64,000 nucleotides of DNA from an uncultured Candidatus Saccharibacteria bacterium (GTDB lineage Bacteria > Patescibacteriota > Minisyncoccia > Phycocordibacterales > PALSA-1337), in assembly GCA_964600255.1 (NCBI GenBank), contig CAZRIX010000001.1:118542-182541 (forward strand), in the 5' to 3' direction. A program made the position numbers and the translations under genes. Shown piece after piece: positions 42,420 to 52,609 of the stretch. The first letter of the stretch is position 1; each line of letters opens with the position of its first letter. The notes below the pieces were generated by a model. The model ran no database searches. It was not told where the DNA came from and saw only the letters and a program-made list of their open reading frames with translations.

Positions 42420-43478
42420 TTATATCATTCGTTCAAGATTTTTTGGGTTTGTTGAATTCACATATGCATTCTCCACAGTAATCTCACCCCTTCTTACGAG
42501 TTCTGCCAATGATCTATTCATGTCGATCATACCCTCACCAGAACTAGTCTCTATGACTGTATTGATTTCATGAATTCTTTTCTCTCTAATCAAGTTTGCT
42601 ACAGCTGTATTGTTTATAAGCAGTTCATATGCAGGAATCAAACCTCCAGATATTCTAGGGATCAATCTCTGAGAGAATATTCCCGTCAAACTTCCTGCAA
42701 GCTGTACACGTATCTGATCCTGTTGGCCAGGTGGGAACGAGTCAATAATACGGTTGATGGTTTGAGCGGCATTGTTTGTATGCAAAGTTGAAAAAACTAG
42801 GTGACCAGTTTCAGCTGCAGTTACGGCTGTAGATATAGTGTCTATATCTCGCATCTCACCCACAAGGGCAACATCCATATCTTGTCTAAACATTGCAACA
42901 AGTGCATCTTTGAAATCTGGAGTATCGAGTCTTACCTCTCTCTGATCAATTATTGATTTCTTTGAATCATAGATATATTCAATCGGATCCTCAATAGTCA
43001 TAATGTGTTCACTTCTGGTTTGATTTATGATCTCAATGAGTGAGGCTAGTGTAGTACTTTTACCTTGGCCGATAGGTCCCACACAAAGGAAGAAGCCTTG
43101 TGGCTTACGAGTAAAAGATTCTAGAATCGGTGGCAGGTTGAGTTCAGCTAGTGTTCGGACTTGTTTAGGGATCAATCTTAGCGCGACAGAAATCATTCCC
43201 TGACGATAATATGCATTACCACGGAATCTAGCGTTAGTAAGGCTATATGAAAAATCCACATCTTTGTCTTTTTCAAACATCACCTTATTTGCATCAGACA
43301 AGAACTCATTGATGTAACCTTTCATCTGTGCGGCTGTGATGACAGATTTTTTAGCTAGAGGAATCAAACTGCCAGATACACGGATTAGAGGATTTCGTCC
43401 TTCAGAAAGATGCAGATCTGATGCACCTTCATTGATTACGTTTGATACTAATTCTTCAATTTCTTTTTTATAATCCAT
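42420..43478 (-). CDS. pilT: Type IV pilus retraction ATPase PilT
   Basis: Walker A GPIGQGKST, Asp box, His box and an AIRNLIRE-like motif (AVANLIREKRIHEI). 352 aa. Confidence 0.9.
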   Translation of the reverse strand: MDYKKEIEELVSNVINEGASDLHLSEGRNPLIRVSGSLIPLAKKSVITAAQMKGYINEFLSDANKVMFEKDKDVDFSYSLTNARFRGNAYYRQGMISVALRLIPKQVRTLAELNLPPILESFTRKPQGFFLCVGPIGQGKSTTLASLIEIINQTRSEHIMTIEDPIEYIYDSKKSIIDQREVRLDTPDFKDALVAMFRQDMDVALVGEMRDIDTISTAVTAAETGHLVFSTLHTNNAAQTINRIIDSFPPGQQDQIRVQLAGSLTGIFSQRLIPRISGGLIPAYELLINNTAVANLIREKRIHEINTVIETSSGEGMIDMNRSLAELVRRGEITVENAYVNSTNPKNLERMI

Positions 43479-43480
43479 AC

Positions 43481-43870
43481 TTATTGTTTTTTAACTCCTG
43501 AATAAATTTTTTGAACTTCACTCAAAACTTCTGAAGGAATTGTGGTTGCCTTAATGATATAACCATCTACATTCAACTTCTTTGCTTTTGCAATATCATC
43601 AGGTAGACCCTGATTTGTAAGCATTATTACAACTGTATCGGTAACAAGTTTTTCTTTTCTTAATATCGCAAGGAATTCCAAACCATCCATTCCTGGCATT
43701 ACGATATCTAGCAACAATATGTCTGGATTCAAACCATCTCGAATCACCTTCAATGCTTCTTCTGGAGCTTGTGCAGTATGAATAGTGTAATTATTCTTTG
43801 AAAACTTCAAAGAATACATATCTAACAAAAATTTATCATCATCTACAAAAAGTACAGTTAATGGTTTCAT
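43481..43870 (-). CDS. Single-domain CheY-like response regulator embedded in pilus operon
   Basis: DDD...LLLDIVMPGMDG...K receiver motifs. 129 aa. Confidence 0.85.
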   Translation of the reverse strand: MKPLTVLFVDDDKFLLDMYSLKFSKNNYTIHTAQAPEEALKVIRDGLNPDILLLDIVMPGMDGLEFLAILRKEKLVTDTVVIMLTNQGLPDDIAKAKKLNVDGYIIKATTIPSEVLSEVQKIYSGVKKQ

Positions 43871-43892
43871 GTATTTATTATATCATGACAAA

Positions 43893-45608
43893 TTAAAGCT
43901 TATTCACTTCTTCAAACGGAATCTGTCTATTAAATGCTTTCAACATGGCATCCTCCTTCATGGTCAACATACCCTTCTGTCTTAATAGTCTACTGATCTC
44001 GAGTTCAGTAGGACTCTTTAGAATCGCCGCCTCGATTTCTTTATCCATTTTAAATACTTCAAACACAGCCATACGTCCACGTGTGCCCTTTGGGTATTCT
44101 GGTGTTGGCTCAATACCATATACAGTATCTGCAAAAGGAATTTCCTTTTTGTACTGTTCAGGCAAGTCGGCAAACTGTTTATCAATAATCATCTTTATAC
44201 TTCCCTCTACTGGTATTGGTTTTCCAGCGCCTGGTGGGAATGTAGAAACAAGCCTCTGTGCAATAGCACAAATCAATGTAGGCGCGATCAAATACGGATC
44301 CACACCCATATCTATTAGACGAGGAATAACTCCAGCAGAATTGTTGGTGTGAAGTGTTGAGAACACGAGGTGACCAGTCAGAGCCGCTTGCACAGCAAGC
44401 TGGGCAGTTTCTTTATCTCGGATCTCACCCACCATGATAATATCTGGGTCCTGACGCAGTGTTGTACGTAGTCCGGCAGCAAAAGTATAACCAATCTCTG
44501 GTCTTACCTGTGACTGACTTACACCATCCATGTTGTATTCAATAGGATCTTCAAGAGAAAGAACGTTCATACCTTCTCGATCAACTTCATTTAGCATTGA
44601 GTATAGTGTTGTAGATTTTCCGGATCCTGTAGGACCAGTAATAAGGATCAGACCATAAGGTCTCTGGATTGCTTCTTTTAGAATATCCAAATTCCTTTTT
44701 GTCATACTCATTTCCTCGATCTTCTTTACGCCTTTTTCTTGATCTAGAATACGCATCACCACCTTCTCTCCATAGTACGCTGGAAATGTAGAAACACGGA
44801 AGTCGATCTTTCTACCATCTATACGTGCTGAGAAACGTCCGTCCTGCGGCTTTCTCTTTTCATCAAGCTTCATATTGCAAAGAACCTTAATACGCGCAAC
44901 AACAGCACTGTGAACTTGTGATGGTAGCACCAAACTTGTATTCAGGACTCCGTCCACACGGAATCTAACTCTAACTTTGTCACGCATATGCTCGACGTGC
45001 ACGTCAGATGCATTACCCTCAGTAGCATAGCGAACTATTGTAGCCACGATCTTTACCACAGGCGCATCTTCTATAATCACTGCATCCTTTTTACTTTCAG
45101 CTTGATCAGACTTGAGATCTAAAGTGCTTGCCTTGTCGATAGACAGAACTGATTCAAGTTCAGTTAGAGCTTTTGATACCTCTCCTCCAATACCTTTGTA
45201 TGATTCTATAACTTTCTGGAAGTCATCGGCAGAAATTAGAAAGACTTTGTATGGAATATTTTTCTTTGATGCAATAAAGTTTAGAGCGTCACGAGCTTCA
45301 ATATTGTCTGGATCTACGATACCTACCTCTAGAGCACCGTCGTTTAATGCAATTGGAACGAACTTGTAGTGAGCAGCGGACTCTTCAGGAATATAATCAA
45401 GAACGTCAAATGGTACAGATGTCTCTCCTAGATTTCTAGTTGGAATATTCAAAAATTCTCCTCTTGCAGCTAGAATATCTTCAGGGTGTACTCCCTTTTC
45501 TATCAAAGCTTGATCTAGAGTTTCGCCTTGAGATACTATCTTTTTTATCTCACTAGCATCATCTTTTGTTATAAGATTTTTATTTATTAAAATATCAATT
45601 ACACTCAT
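43893..45608 (-). CDS. pilB: Type IV pilus assembly ATPase PilB (GspE family)
   Basis: Walker A GPTGSGKST and GspE N-terminal and tetracysteine-less C-terminal domain. 571 aa. Confidence 0.9.
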   Translation of the reverse strand: MSVIDILINKNLITKDDASEIKKIVSQGETLDQALIEKGVHPEDILAARGEFLNIPTRNLGETSVPFDVLDYIPEESAAHYKFVPIALNDGALEVGIVDPDNIEARDALNFIASKKNIPYKVFLISADDFQKVIESYKGIGGEVSKALTELESVLSIDKASTLDLKSDQAESKKDAVIIEDAPVVKIVATIVRYATEGNASDVHVEHMRDKVRVRFRVDGVLNTSLVLPSQVHSAVVARIKVLCNMKLDEKRKPQDGRFSARIDGRKIDFRVSTFPAYYGEKVVMRILDQEKGVKKIEEMSMTKRNLDILKEAIQRPYGLILITGPTGSGKSTTLYSMLNEVDREGMNVLSLEDPIEYNMDGVSQSQVRPEIGYTFAAGLRTTLRQDPDIIMVGEIRDKETAQLAVQAALTGHLVFSTLHTNNSAGVIPRLIDMGVDPYLIAPTLICAIAQRLVSTFPPGAGKPIPVEGSIKMIIDKQFADLPEQYKKEIPFADTVYGIEPTPEYPKGTRGRMAVFEVFKMDKEIEAAILKSPTELEISRLLRQKGMLTMKEDAMLKAFNRQIPFEEVNKL

Positions 45609-45612
45609 ATCT

Positions 45613-45981
45613 TTATCTGATTACCCTAACTGACGCTGGCGGCAATACATAACCTCCAACTGGTGCGAATGGATTTGACCTACCGACGTTTTCCTCTGGA
45701 ACCGTGATCGTGTAGTCAACCAAAGAACTATATACTGCACTCTTAAATAAATCCGTTTTGATTCTAATATCATTTACTTGGTTCAATAGAGTAACTATTC
45801 TGTCTGAAACAACCCTAGCATCTGCTGATTCCGCTGAACCACCAACAATTGCGGTATCCAAAGATCCAGTTCCATCTACAGGTTCGCCTTGGTAGTAAAA
45901 ATATATTCCTAAAGACACTACGATTATAATCGCTAGTGCAATGAAAGTTACTTTATTTGGATTGTTTTGTTGTGTATTCAT
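45613..45981 (-). CDS. Hypothetical membrane-anchored protein in pilMNO-pilB interval (PilP-position analogue)
   Basis: N-terminal TM segment then a ~90-aa domain. No recognisable motif. The call is by position only. Confidence 0.35.
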   Translation of the reverse strand: MNTQQNNPNKVTFIALAIIIVVSLGIYFYYQGEPVDGTGSLDTAIVGGSAESADARVVSDRIVTLLNQVNDIRIKTDLFKSAVYSSLVDYTITVPEENVGRSNPFAPVGGYVLPPASVRVIR

Positions 45982-45982
45982 T

Positions 45983-46531
45983 TTATTGTTTTAGCCAAAA
46001 GGTCTTAAGTTCTAATGAATAATCATAAACGCCTGTATCACTGGCCTTAAGTGATACTTTTGATATTTCCAAAATACGTAGACTTGCTTCTAGATCTTTC
46101 AAAAAGGCTAGGAACGTGCGGTAATCTGCACTCACATCAAAGTTCAGTGTTACCGTGTTGTATCCTTGATTTGTCTGAGGTGCGCCTACTTCATTATTGG
46201 AAACATTGCTCGGAGTTGTTGTTTTAATATTCTTCACGGCAAGACCATGTCTAGAAGCAACACCGTTTATATCGATGATAAGTCTAACATTATCAACATT
46301 ATTAGGTATAATTTTCTCAAGTCTCTCCTGATCTTCAACGGGTATTTGGTTGTATACGGCCAGGATAGCGTCACGATCTATTACTAGACGCTCAGAATTT
46401 TCAAGAGCGTTCTTGTATTCATCATTTACAATTTTAATAGCCTTAATCTCGTCTATTTTTACTCTAGTAAAGGTAAAATAGGTTCCGATTGCTAGCACTA
46501 TTAGAATTAATCCAGTTGCATTTTTATTCAT
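45983..46531 (-). CDS. pilO: PilO-like pilus assembly protein
   Basis: Single N-terminal TM segment, coiled-coil, then an alpha/beta domain. Third gene of the pilM-N-O order. Confidence 0.5.
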   Translation of the reverse strand: MNKNATGLILIVLAIGTYFTFTRVKIDEIKAIKIVNDEYKNALENSERLVIDRDAILAVYNQIPVEDQERLEKIIPNNVDNVRLIIDINGVASRHGLAVKNIKTTTPSNVSNNEVGAPQTNQGYNTVTLNFDVSADYRTFLAFLKDLEASLRILEISKVSLKASDTGVYDYSLELKTFWLKQ

Positions 46532-46536
46532 AAATA

Positions 46537-47208
46537 TTATTGTGTATTTTCTTCAGGCACAACATCAGCACCGATTAGTATCTTCTCGTAATTTAGATCG
46601 CTTGGATTTATACTTGCAGTAAAACTGAATGCAACATTACCTGTTGTAGGGTCTAGCTGTAGATCTGTAAGGATCGGATTCTTTATTACCTTGTTTGTAC
46701 CAAACTTTGCTGACTTACCGAATACATCTGACTGCCATGCGATAGCACTGAAACTACTACCTATACCCTTCATAGATATCTTTGCACCTCCTGAACTATC
46801 GGTTGCATTTGGATCATTGGATTTTGAAGGTGGAGAAAATTCAAATGATGTAAATCTTATTCCATCGGCTGTAAGTAGACTTATGATGTTAAAAATTTCA
46901 GAAACAGCCAAATGGTTTTTGAGTAGTTCATTTGCAGTCTCTATTTTTACACTTGCATTCTTGAGCTTTTCTATTGTTGCAATATCAAAACGTGCTTCAG
47001 CCTTTTTCAAATCATTTGCGTATTGTGTTTGCTGCTTTGTTTGTACATCCTTCCATATTACTGAAAATACAGCACCTGCCATAGAGAAGATAAAAATAAG
47101 AACGGATACGAACATAAAGATACTAGTACTACCAGAATGATGTGTAACCTTTTGGTCCATCAATATTGGTTTCTTTGGGATGAACGATGTTTGGAACTTT
47201 GTATCCAT
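46537..47208 (-). CDS. pilN: PilN-like pilus assembly protein
   Basis: Short cytoplasmic N-terminus, one TM segment and a coiled-coil. Follows pilM with a 19-nt gap. Confidence 0.5.
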   Translation of the reverse strand: MDTKFQTSFIPKKPILMDQKVTHHSGSTSIFMFVSVLIFIFSMAGAVFSVIWKDVQTKQQTQYANDLKKAEARFDIATIEKLKNASVKIETANELLKNHLAVSEIFNIISLLTADGIRFTSFEFSPPSKSNDPNATDSSGGAKISMKGIGSSFSAIAWQSDVFGKSAKFGTNKVIKNPILTDLQLDPTTGNVAFSFTASINPSDLNYEKILIGADVVPEENTQ

Positions 47209-47226
47209 TTGTTTAATTATAAGTGA

Positions 47227-48351
47227 TTAGTCTATTTCAGACAAACGACGTAATGCACACCCAATGGCAACTGCAAATTCTGGACCAGCCTGCTGGAACT
47301 GTTCTCCATAAAATGCTGGAACCTCGAGCTTTCCAAATGGATTGGCATATACTATTTCAGTCTGGAAACTAATCCTTGCAAGATCAGTAAAACCTTTTAG
47401 TAGAACTCCGCCCCCCGTTAGCACTACTTTACTAATATTCTTCGAATACTTCCTTTGATAGTTCGTCATTGCAGCATTCGCCTCGTAGAAGATATAGTCC
47501 AGGTTAACCGTTATCACCTCAGTAAGCTCCTTGTATTCTGGGCCACCCTTTAGACCATATGATCTCTTAAGATTCTCCGCCTCATTCACTGTAAGACTAA
47601 GAGATTTTGAAATCGCAAGAGTAATATCTTGAGATCCACGATTAATAATATGAGATGCGCGCAGGATACCTCTTTCAAGTATATAAAGCTTTGTTGCTTG
47701 CGCACCCATATCAAGAATCATTACAGCTTGAATACCTTGTTCAACAACGGCTCGAATAGAACTGAAAATTTCTATTTCGTAAAAAGATGGCTGTAGACCC
47801 AAACCAGCTGCGATAGCTTGATAGTTGTTTATGTATTCATTATGAATCGCCACAACTAGCACATCGAGATTTTGCTTTGTCACATCTTTCTTCTCTACCC
47901 CATCCTGGTCATCATTTGTAAGCGCGTCTTCTTTGGGTATGATCGAATAGTCGAACATAACTTCACTCATAGGCACTGGGATGTACTTGCGTGCTTCAAT
48001 AGATATAACTTCTGGTAATTGCTTCTCCTGTACCGGAGGAACTGAAATAAAAGTAATTAGACTAGAAGAAAGTGGCAAAGATATTCCACATGCTGTAGTA
48101 GTTGTTTTTGCTTCTCGCATGATATCCCTAACAGCCTCTATAATCTTTTCTTTAGGAAGATTCGTAGAACGACCAATCTCAATATTGGCATATGGACCAA
48201 GCGCTAGCTCTCCGTAGGTCTCGAGTACAGCTCTACCCCTTTTCTTTCTGATCTGGACTATTTTGATTGCAGATGAGCCAATATCAATACCCAAAACGCT
48301 CTGCACTTTGCCAGCAAACAAACCAGAAAATAACTTATTTAGAAAATCCAT
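47227..48351 (-). CDS. pilM: Type IV pilus assembly protein PilM (actin-like ATPase fold)
   Basis: GIDIGSSAIKIVQ phosphate-1 motif and DMGAQATKL phosphate-2 motif. 374 aa. Confidence 0.85.
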   Translation of the reverse strand: MDFLNKLFSGLFAGKVQSVLGIDIGSSAIKIVQIRKKRGRAVLETYGELALGPYANIEIGRSTNLPKEKIIEAVRDIMREAKTTTTACGISLPLSSSLITFISVPPVQEKQLPEVISIEARKYIPVPMSEVMFDYSIIPKEDALTNDDQDGVEKKDVTKQNLDVLVVAIHNEYINNYQAIAAGLGLQPSFYEIEIFSSIRAVVEQGIQAVMILDMGAQATKLYILERGILRASHIINRGSQDITLAISKSLSLTVNEAENLKRSYGLKGGPEYKELTEVITVNLDYIFYEANAAMTNYQRKYSKNISKVVLTGGGVLLKGFTDLARISFQTEIVYANPFGKLEVPAFYGEQFQQAGPEFAVAIGCALRRLSEID

Positions 48352-48374
48352 GAATATATTATATCATAGTAACA

Positions 48375-49007
48375 ATGCAATTCCGCAAATTTTTGACCCA
48401 CATTGTTGATTTCATATTCCCACCAAACGAGTTCGAGATGGAGCTCAGGAAAATTGATATTGATAGTGTCTTTACAAGACTACCTAACGCTAGTAAAACT
48501 GAGTTTCCATTTATTTTTTCCATATTCTCATATCAGCACCCTTTGGTAAAAGAACTAGTGTGGCAAATAAAATACAAGAAAAATAGCCATGCTTTAGCAC
48601 TAGCTGGATACTCTATATATACAAGGATAAAAGAAGTCTATGGTGTTAGCACAAAAATACTACTAGTACCTGTGCCGATATCAAAAAGTAGACGTAGAGA
48701 GCGTGGATACAATCAGTGTGAATTAATTATAAATGAAATATTGAAGTATGACACTGGAAATATATTTGAGACCGATTTCGGCCTAATACTGAGGAATCGT
48801 CATATAGAAAAGCAGACTTTCATGAATAAAGATCAGAGAATTGAGAATACGAAAGACATCTTTGATGTGACACATTCTGACAAAACAGATACCCCTGTAA
48901 TAGTAATCGATGATGTTTCAACAACAGGAAGTACGCTTTATGTAGCACGTGAAGCTTTGCTTGATGCTGGTTATAAAAACGTAATCGCATATACCCTAGC
49001 CCACTAG
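48375..49007 (+). CDS. comFC: ComF family protein (ComFC, phosphoribosyltransferase domain)
   Basis: PRT-type motif VIVIDDVSTTGSTL at the C-terminus and ComF-like N-terminal region. Divergent from pilM. Confidence 0.8.
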   Translation: MQFRKFLTHIVDFIFPPNEFEMELRKIDIDSVFTRLPNASKTEFPFIFSIFSYQHPLVKELVWQIKYKKNSHALALAGYSIYTRIKEVYGVSTKILLVPVPISKSRRRERGYNQCELIINEILKYDTGNIFETDFGLILRNRHIEKQTFMNKDQRIENTKDIFDVTHSDKTDTPVIVIDDVSTTGSTLYVAREALLDAGYKNVIAYTLAH

Positions 49008-49097
49008 TAGTTGTTTATAATTAACTTGATATTAATGCTAGCTGTAATATAGTTATACCAAGTAATTAGTATTACTTTTAATAAATTAATTAATTTT

Positions 49098-49802
49098 ATG
49101 GATAATACAACAGTTCCAGTGCCCCCAGTTGTGCAGGTTCCTCAGTCACCTACTAGTTCAGCATCAAGTTTCGTGGTTGCAAGTCTATACAAAAGACTAG
49201 GCAATATGGTATTAGACACAATCATTTCAGGTATCGCTGTAACTCTTATCTCTGCAGCTATATTTGGTTTTGGTTCTGAGTCACTAACTGCTTCTTTTGT
49301 AACAATAATACTATCAATGGCCTACTACATAGTATCTGAGGTGCTATGGCAGAAGACTCCAGCAAAGTTCATCACTGGAACAAAGGTTGTTATGCGTGAT
49401 GGTAGCAAAGCTCCATTCAAGAACATACTCGGTAGATCATTTGCGAGAATTATTCCTTTTGAACCACTTTCATACCTATTTAGAAAATATCCAGTTGGTT
49501 GGCATGACAAACTGTCAGGTACAGTTGTTGTAGACGCATCAGCAACACAGGAGCAAGTTGCAGCATTAGATTTTGTTGCACTAAAGCAGCAGAAAGCTAC
49601 AGGGGTTTCTATTCTAATACTATTAGTATCATTTGTTATTCCGGTATTAATAATTGTTGTTTTGGCAGGAGTAGTGTTCACATCAATGAACACAGCGCGC
49701 AGCCAGGGTGACGCAGCTAGAGCAAGATACGAAGCAAGCATGCAAGATATAGAGAGTCGTATCACGGATGAAGGAATGACAACTGAGGTAGAGCAATTTT
49801 AA
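49098..49802 (+). CDS. RDD-family membrane protein
   Basis: R...D...D pattern across TM helices (RLGNMVLDTIIS...ITGTKVVMRDGS...) with a long Pro/Ser-rich N-terminus. Confidence 0.55.
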   Translation: MDNTTVPVPPVVQVPQSPTSSASSFVVASLYKRLGNMVLDTIISGIAVTLISAAIFGFGSESLTASFVTIILSMAYYIVSEVLWQKTPAKFITGTKVVMRDGSKAPFKNILGRSFARIIPFEPLSYLFRKYPVGWHDKLSGTVVVDASATQEQVAALDFVALKQQKATGVSILILLVSFVIPVLIIVVLAGVVFTSMNTARSQGDAARARYEASMQDIESRITDEGMTTEVEQF

Positions 49803-49821
49803 TTCATAGTTAAGTAAACAA

Positions 49822-49844
49822 AAAACCGCCTTGTGCGGTTTTTT
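49822..49844. terminator. Bidirectional rho-independent terminator (AAAACCGC-CTTGT-GCGGTTTT)
   Basis: Perfect 8-bp GC-containing stem with A-run and T-run flanks between convergent genes. Confidence 0.75.
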
Positions 49845-49861
49845 GTTTACTATAAATTTAA

Positions 49862-52489
49862 CTATTTACTATTAATATAAGACCGGGTAACTGGCCCAAA
49901 ATACCCTACTGCAGGTTTAATTCCATTTGCTTGTTGGAACTTTATCAGTGCCTTCTGTGTCAATGGACCAAAATAGTCAGTCTCCTTTCCAACAGATCCT
50001 GCGCCGACACTCGATATAGTATATCCCTGTGAATTTAGAAACTCTTGAAGCTTCTTTACATCTTTATGAATAGCTCCTTGTTGAAGTGACCGACTGAAAC
50101 TTAATCTTATATTTTGAGCACTTACCTTACTAGTATTTGGATTTACAGATAGACCATACTGGTTTATCAACTGGTACGCTTGAGAATTTTGTCCCATACT
50201 TAGTAGATTATTTACACGACTGATTACACTACCGGAACTGCGCGAACTAGAGTTATTATTCACCATTACTTGTATACCTGAATCTGCATAATTCCCCGCT
50301 CTATCTCGTGCTGTCGCTGTAATAGTATGTACACCATAACTTACTTGATTTGAATCTAAACTAACTGTATATGGACTTGTAAGAATTTCAGAACCGATAT
50401 TAATTCCATCAATCTTGAACTGTACACCAACCACGTCTGATCCACTATCTGTACTTACAGCTGTCAGTGATACCGCACTACCAGATATAACCGAACCACT
50501 CAGAGGTGTAGTTATAGAAACAGTAGGGGCAGTATTGTCCACATAAACCATAATAACTGAAGAGGTTGCAGTGTTTGAGTTACTATCAGTAACTAGTGCG
50601 TATATGCTGTAACTACCATTTGCTACTGTGGTTGTATCCCAAGTATATGTATATGTTTCTGCAGAGGTTGTTGATGTTAAAGGTGATCCGAGAGCTATAT
50701 TGTTTAAGTAAAATTGGACTGAACTAACACTAGCAGGGCTTGTGGCACTCGTAACTGCAATTAAGTTTGTTGACGAAGAAATGTATGCACTGTTGGTTGG
50801 ATTGGTGATTGTAACTGTAGGTGATGAGATGGTTCCGTATACGTATGCACCTACATCCCAATTTGCTCCATAACTATTTTGATCAGCAAGTAGAATACCT
50901 GATGGCCAAGAATTCAACGGTGCTAAAGCATACTTATATGTCGACCCCAAATTGGCTCCGGCATTTACTGCTGGTGAGGAAGATCTAAGTGTGTAATCAC
51001 CGGTACTAGTACTCGTCAATAATGGGTTCGTAAGTAATCCATTTGTGTCAAAACCAAGCGCCTTCCATTGAGAAAAGGTGTGATATGCACCATTGTAGAA
51101 TGGTGACGCTCTAGTAGATCCGAAGTAATGATTGTAGTCTGCGGTCAGTCCCCCTGTCGGTGTATTCATATAAAAGCCTGATCCTTCTGAAATAATCAGA
51201 TTATTCTTCATATCAGCAGTTGCACCTGAGGTGAGGTAAAGAAAATCCTGTGTTCCGGTCGTGTAATACGTATTATTATAAACTTTAATACCTGTGGCTG
51301 TGCTTGCCAATTTTACAGCTGGATTAGTGAACAACGTACCGTTTATTACGTTATTATAAAACTGTGATCCTGCTCCTGCGCCACTACTTGCCGTGTATGC
51401 TCCTGACCAACCTCCAGTGATGTAGTTTCGTCGCGCAATTATAGATGTTCCAGCATCAGCACTTTCAGCGACAGCATATTGTCCAGTATTACTAAACAGA
51501 CGTGTAGGTGCCGCAAAGTTAAACAGTGAGTCTTCGACTATATTTTCATAAGCACCACCATGGGTTTGGACACCAACTGCATTCCCAAATGTATCTAGAA
51601 CGTGCACACGCCTGAAAACATTTCCTGTTGAATAAACACTGTAGAACAAAAATGTTCCACCTGCATTGTTCTTTGCAAAAAGATCTACACCCAGATTGTT
51701 TGATCCATAGAAACTCAAGCTATGGTTGGCATTGTCATAGTAGTTACAATTTTTAACGACGATATTTGAACCATAAATAATCATAGCGGACATATTTGTA
51801 TAAGACCTTACAACATCCATATCTTGAAAAACCAACCAACTTGAAGATCGATCGAACTTATCCTTGACGATGTTTGCACGGCTTGATGCCTCGTATGTTA
51901 GTCCGTTAGTAAGTGGGTTTGGATCAGTGCTTGATGAATGGAGGTAGAAAAAGCGATTATTTGAGTCATAATATACTGTCCCTGGAGTTGAAGTTGCTAG
52001 GGCAAGTGAGCTCACAGTTCTGAGTAACACACCATTTTCCCACATGGCAGCACTTGGAGGTTGTGTACCCTCAATAGTGAGAGCAACATTGTACTTATAT
52101 GTATTGTTTGGACCGTCATATACGATGAAATTAGAATTATCAATTATGTCCGAACCGATAAAAACTGGGTTAGCACCTGACCCGTATTTACCGATTGTAA
52201 TTGGATTTCCACTTGTTCCAGAAGAAGGAAATGTCAGAGATTCACGCCATTCTCCGCCAGCCTTAAATAGTACATAGTCTCCTGGACTAAATGTTGAGTT
52301 GTTAACTTTAGAAACCGTTCTCCATGGTGTAGAAACAGACGTAGGGTCAACAGAAGAATCATTTCCAGCTATAGAATCGACATAATATGTTGCAGCATCA
52401 ACAGATGTGGCGCGCATAAAAAACACAAGAAACAACACAAAAACAGATCTATTGATACTTTTTCTAGTCAAACAATTCATTTTTAACAT
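49862..52489 (-). CDS. Secreted right-handed beta-helix protein with Ig-like domains and C-terminal peptidoglycan-binding domain
   Basis: N-terminal signal peptide. A long central region of N/G/S/T/Y-rich short repeats (beta-helix-like, with NxxG/YxN rungs). Repeated ~90-aa T/S/V-rich modules (VTITNPTNSAY..., VSITTPLSGSV...) look like Big/Ig-like domains. The last ~70 aa match PG_binding_1 (LQEFLNSQGYTISSVGAGSVGKETDYFGPLTQKALIKFQ). Confidence 0.7.
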   Translation of the reverse strand: MLKMNCLTRKSINRSVFVLFLVFFMRATSVDAATYYVDSIAGNDSSVDPTSVSTPWRTVSKVNNSTFSPGDYVLFKAGGEWRESLTFPSSGTSGNPITIGKYGSGANPVFIGSDIIDNSNFIVYDGPNNTYKYNVALTIEGTQPPSAAMWENGVLLRTVSSLALATSTPGTVYYDSNNRFFYLHSSSTDPNPLTNGLTYEASSRANIVKDKFDRSSSWLVFQDMDVVRSYTNMSAMIIYGSNIVVKNCNYYDNANHSLSFYGSNNLGVDLFAKNNAGGTFLFYSVYSTGNVFRRVHVLDTFGNAVGVQTHGGAYENIVEDSLFNFAAPTRLFSNTGQYAVAESADAGTSIIARRNYITGGWSGAYTASSGAGAGSQFYNNVINGTLFTNPAVKLASTATGIKVYNNTYYTTGTQDFLYLTSGATADMKNNLIISEGSGFYMNTPTGGLTADYNHYFGSTRASPFYNGAYHTFSQWKALGFDTNGLLTNPLLTSTSTGDYTLRSSSPAVNAGANLGSTYKYALAPLNSWPSGILLADQNSYGANWDVGAYVYGTISSPTVTITNPTNSAYISSSTNLIAVTSATSPASVSSVQFYLNNIALGSPLTSTTSAETYTYTWDTTTVANGSYSIYALVTDSNSNTATSSVIMVYVDNTAPTVSITTPLSGSVISGSAVSLTAVSTDSGSDVVGVQFKIDGINIGSEILTSPYTVSLDSNQVSYGVHTITATARDRAGNYADSGIQVMVNNNSSSRSSGSVISRVNNLLSMGQNSQAYQLINQYGLSVNPNTSKVSAQNIRLSFSRSLQQGAIHKDVKKLQEFLNSQGYTISSVGAGSVGKETDYFGPLTQKALIKFQQANGIKPAVGYFGPVTRSYINSK

Positions 52490-52609
52490 TCTTTATAAAA
52501 CTTAATATTATTCGGAATAATAATAGCACACTTTCTACTTACTCCACACCACATACATTCCAGGATAATATACTCCAAACTTAACCTTGATTGGTTTGTT
52601 AATTGATAA

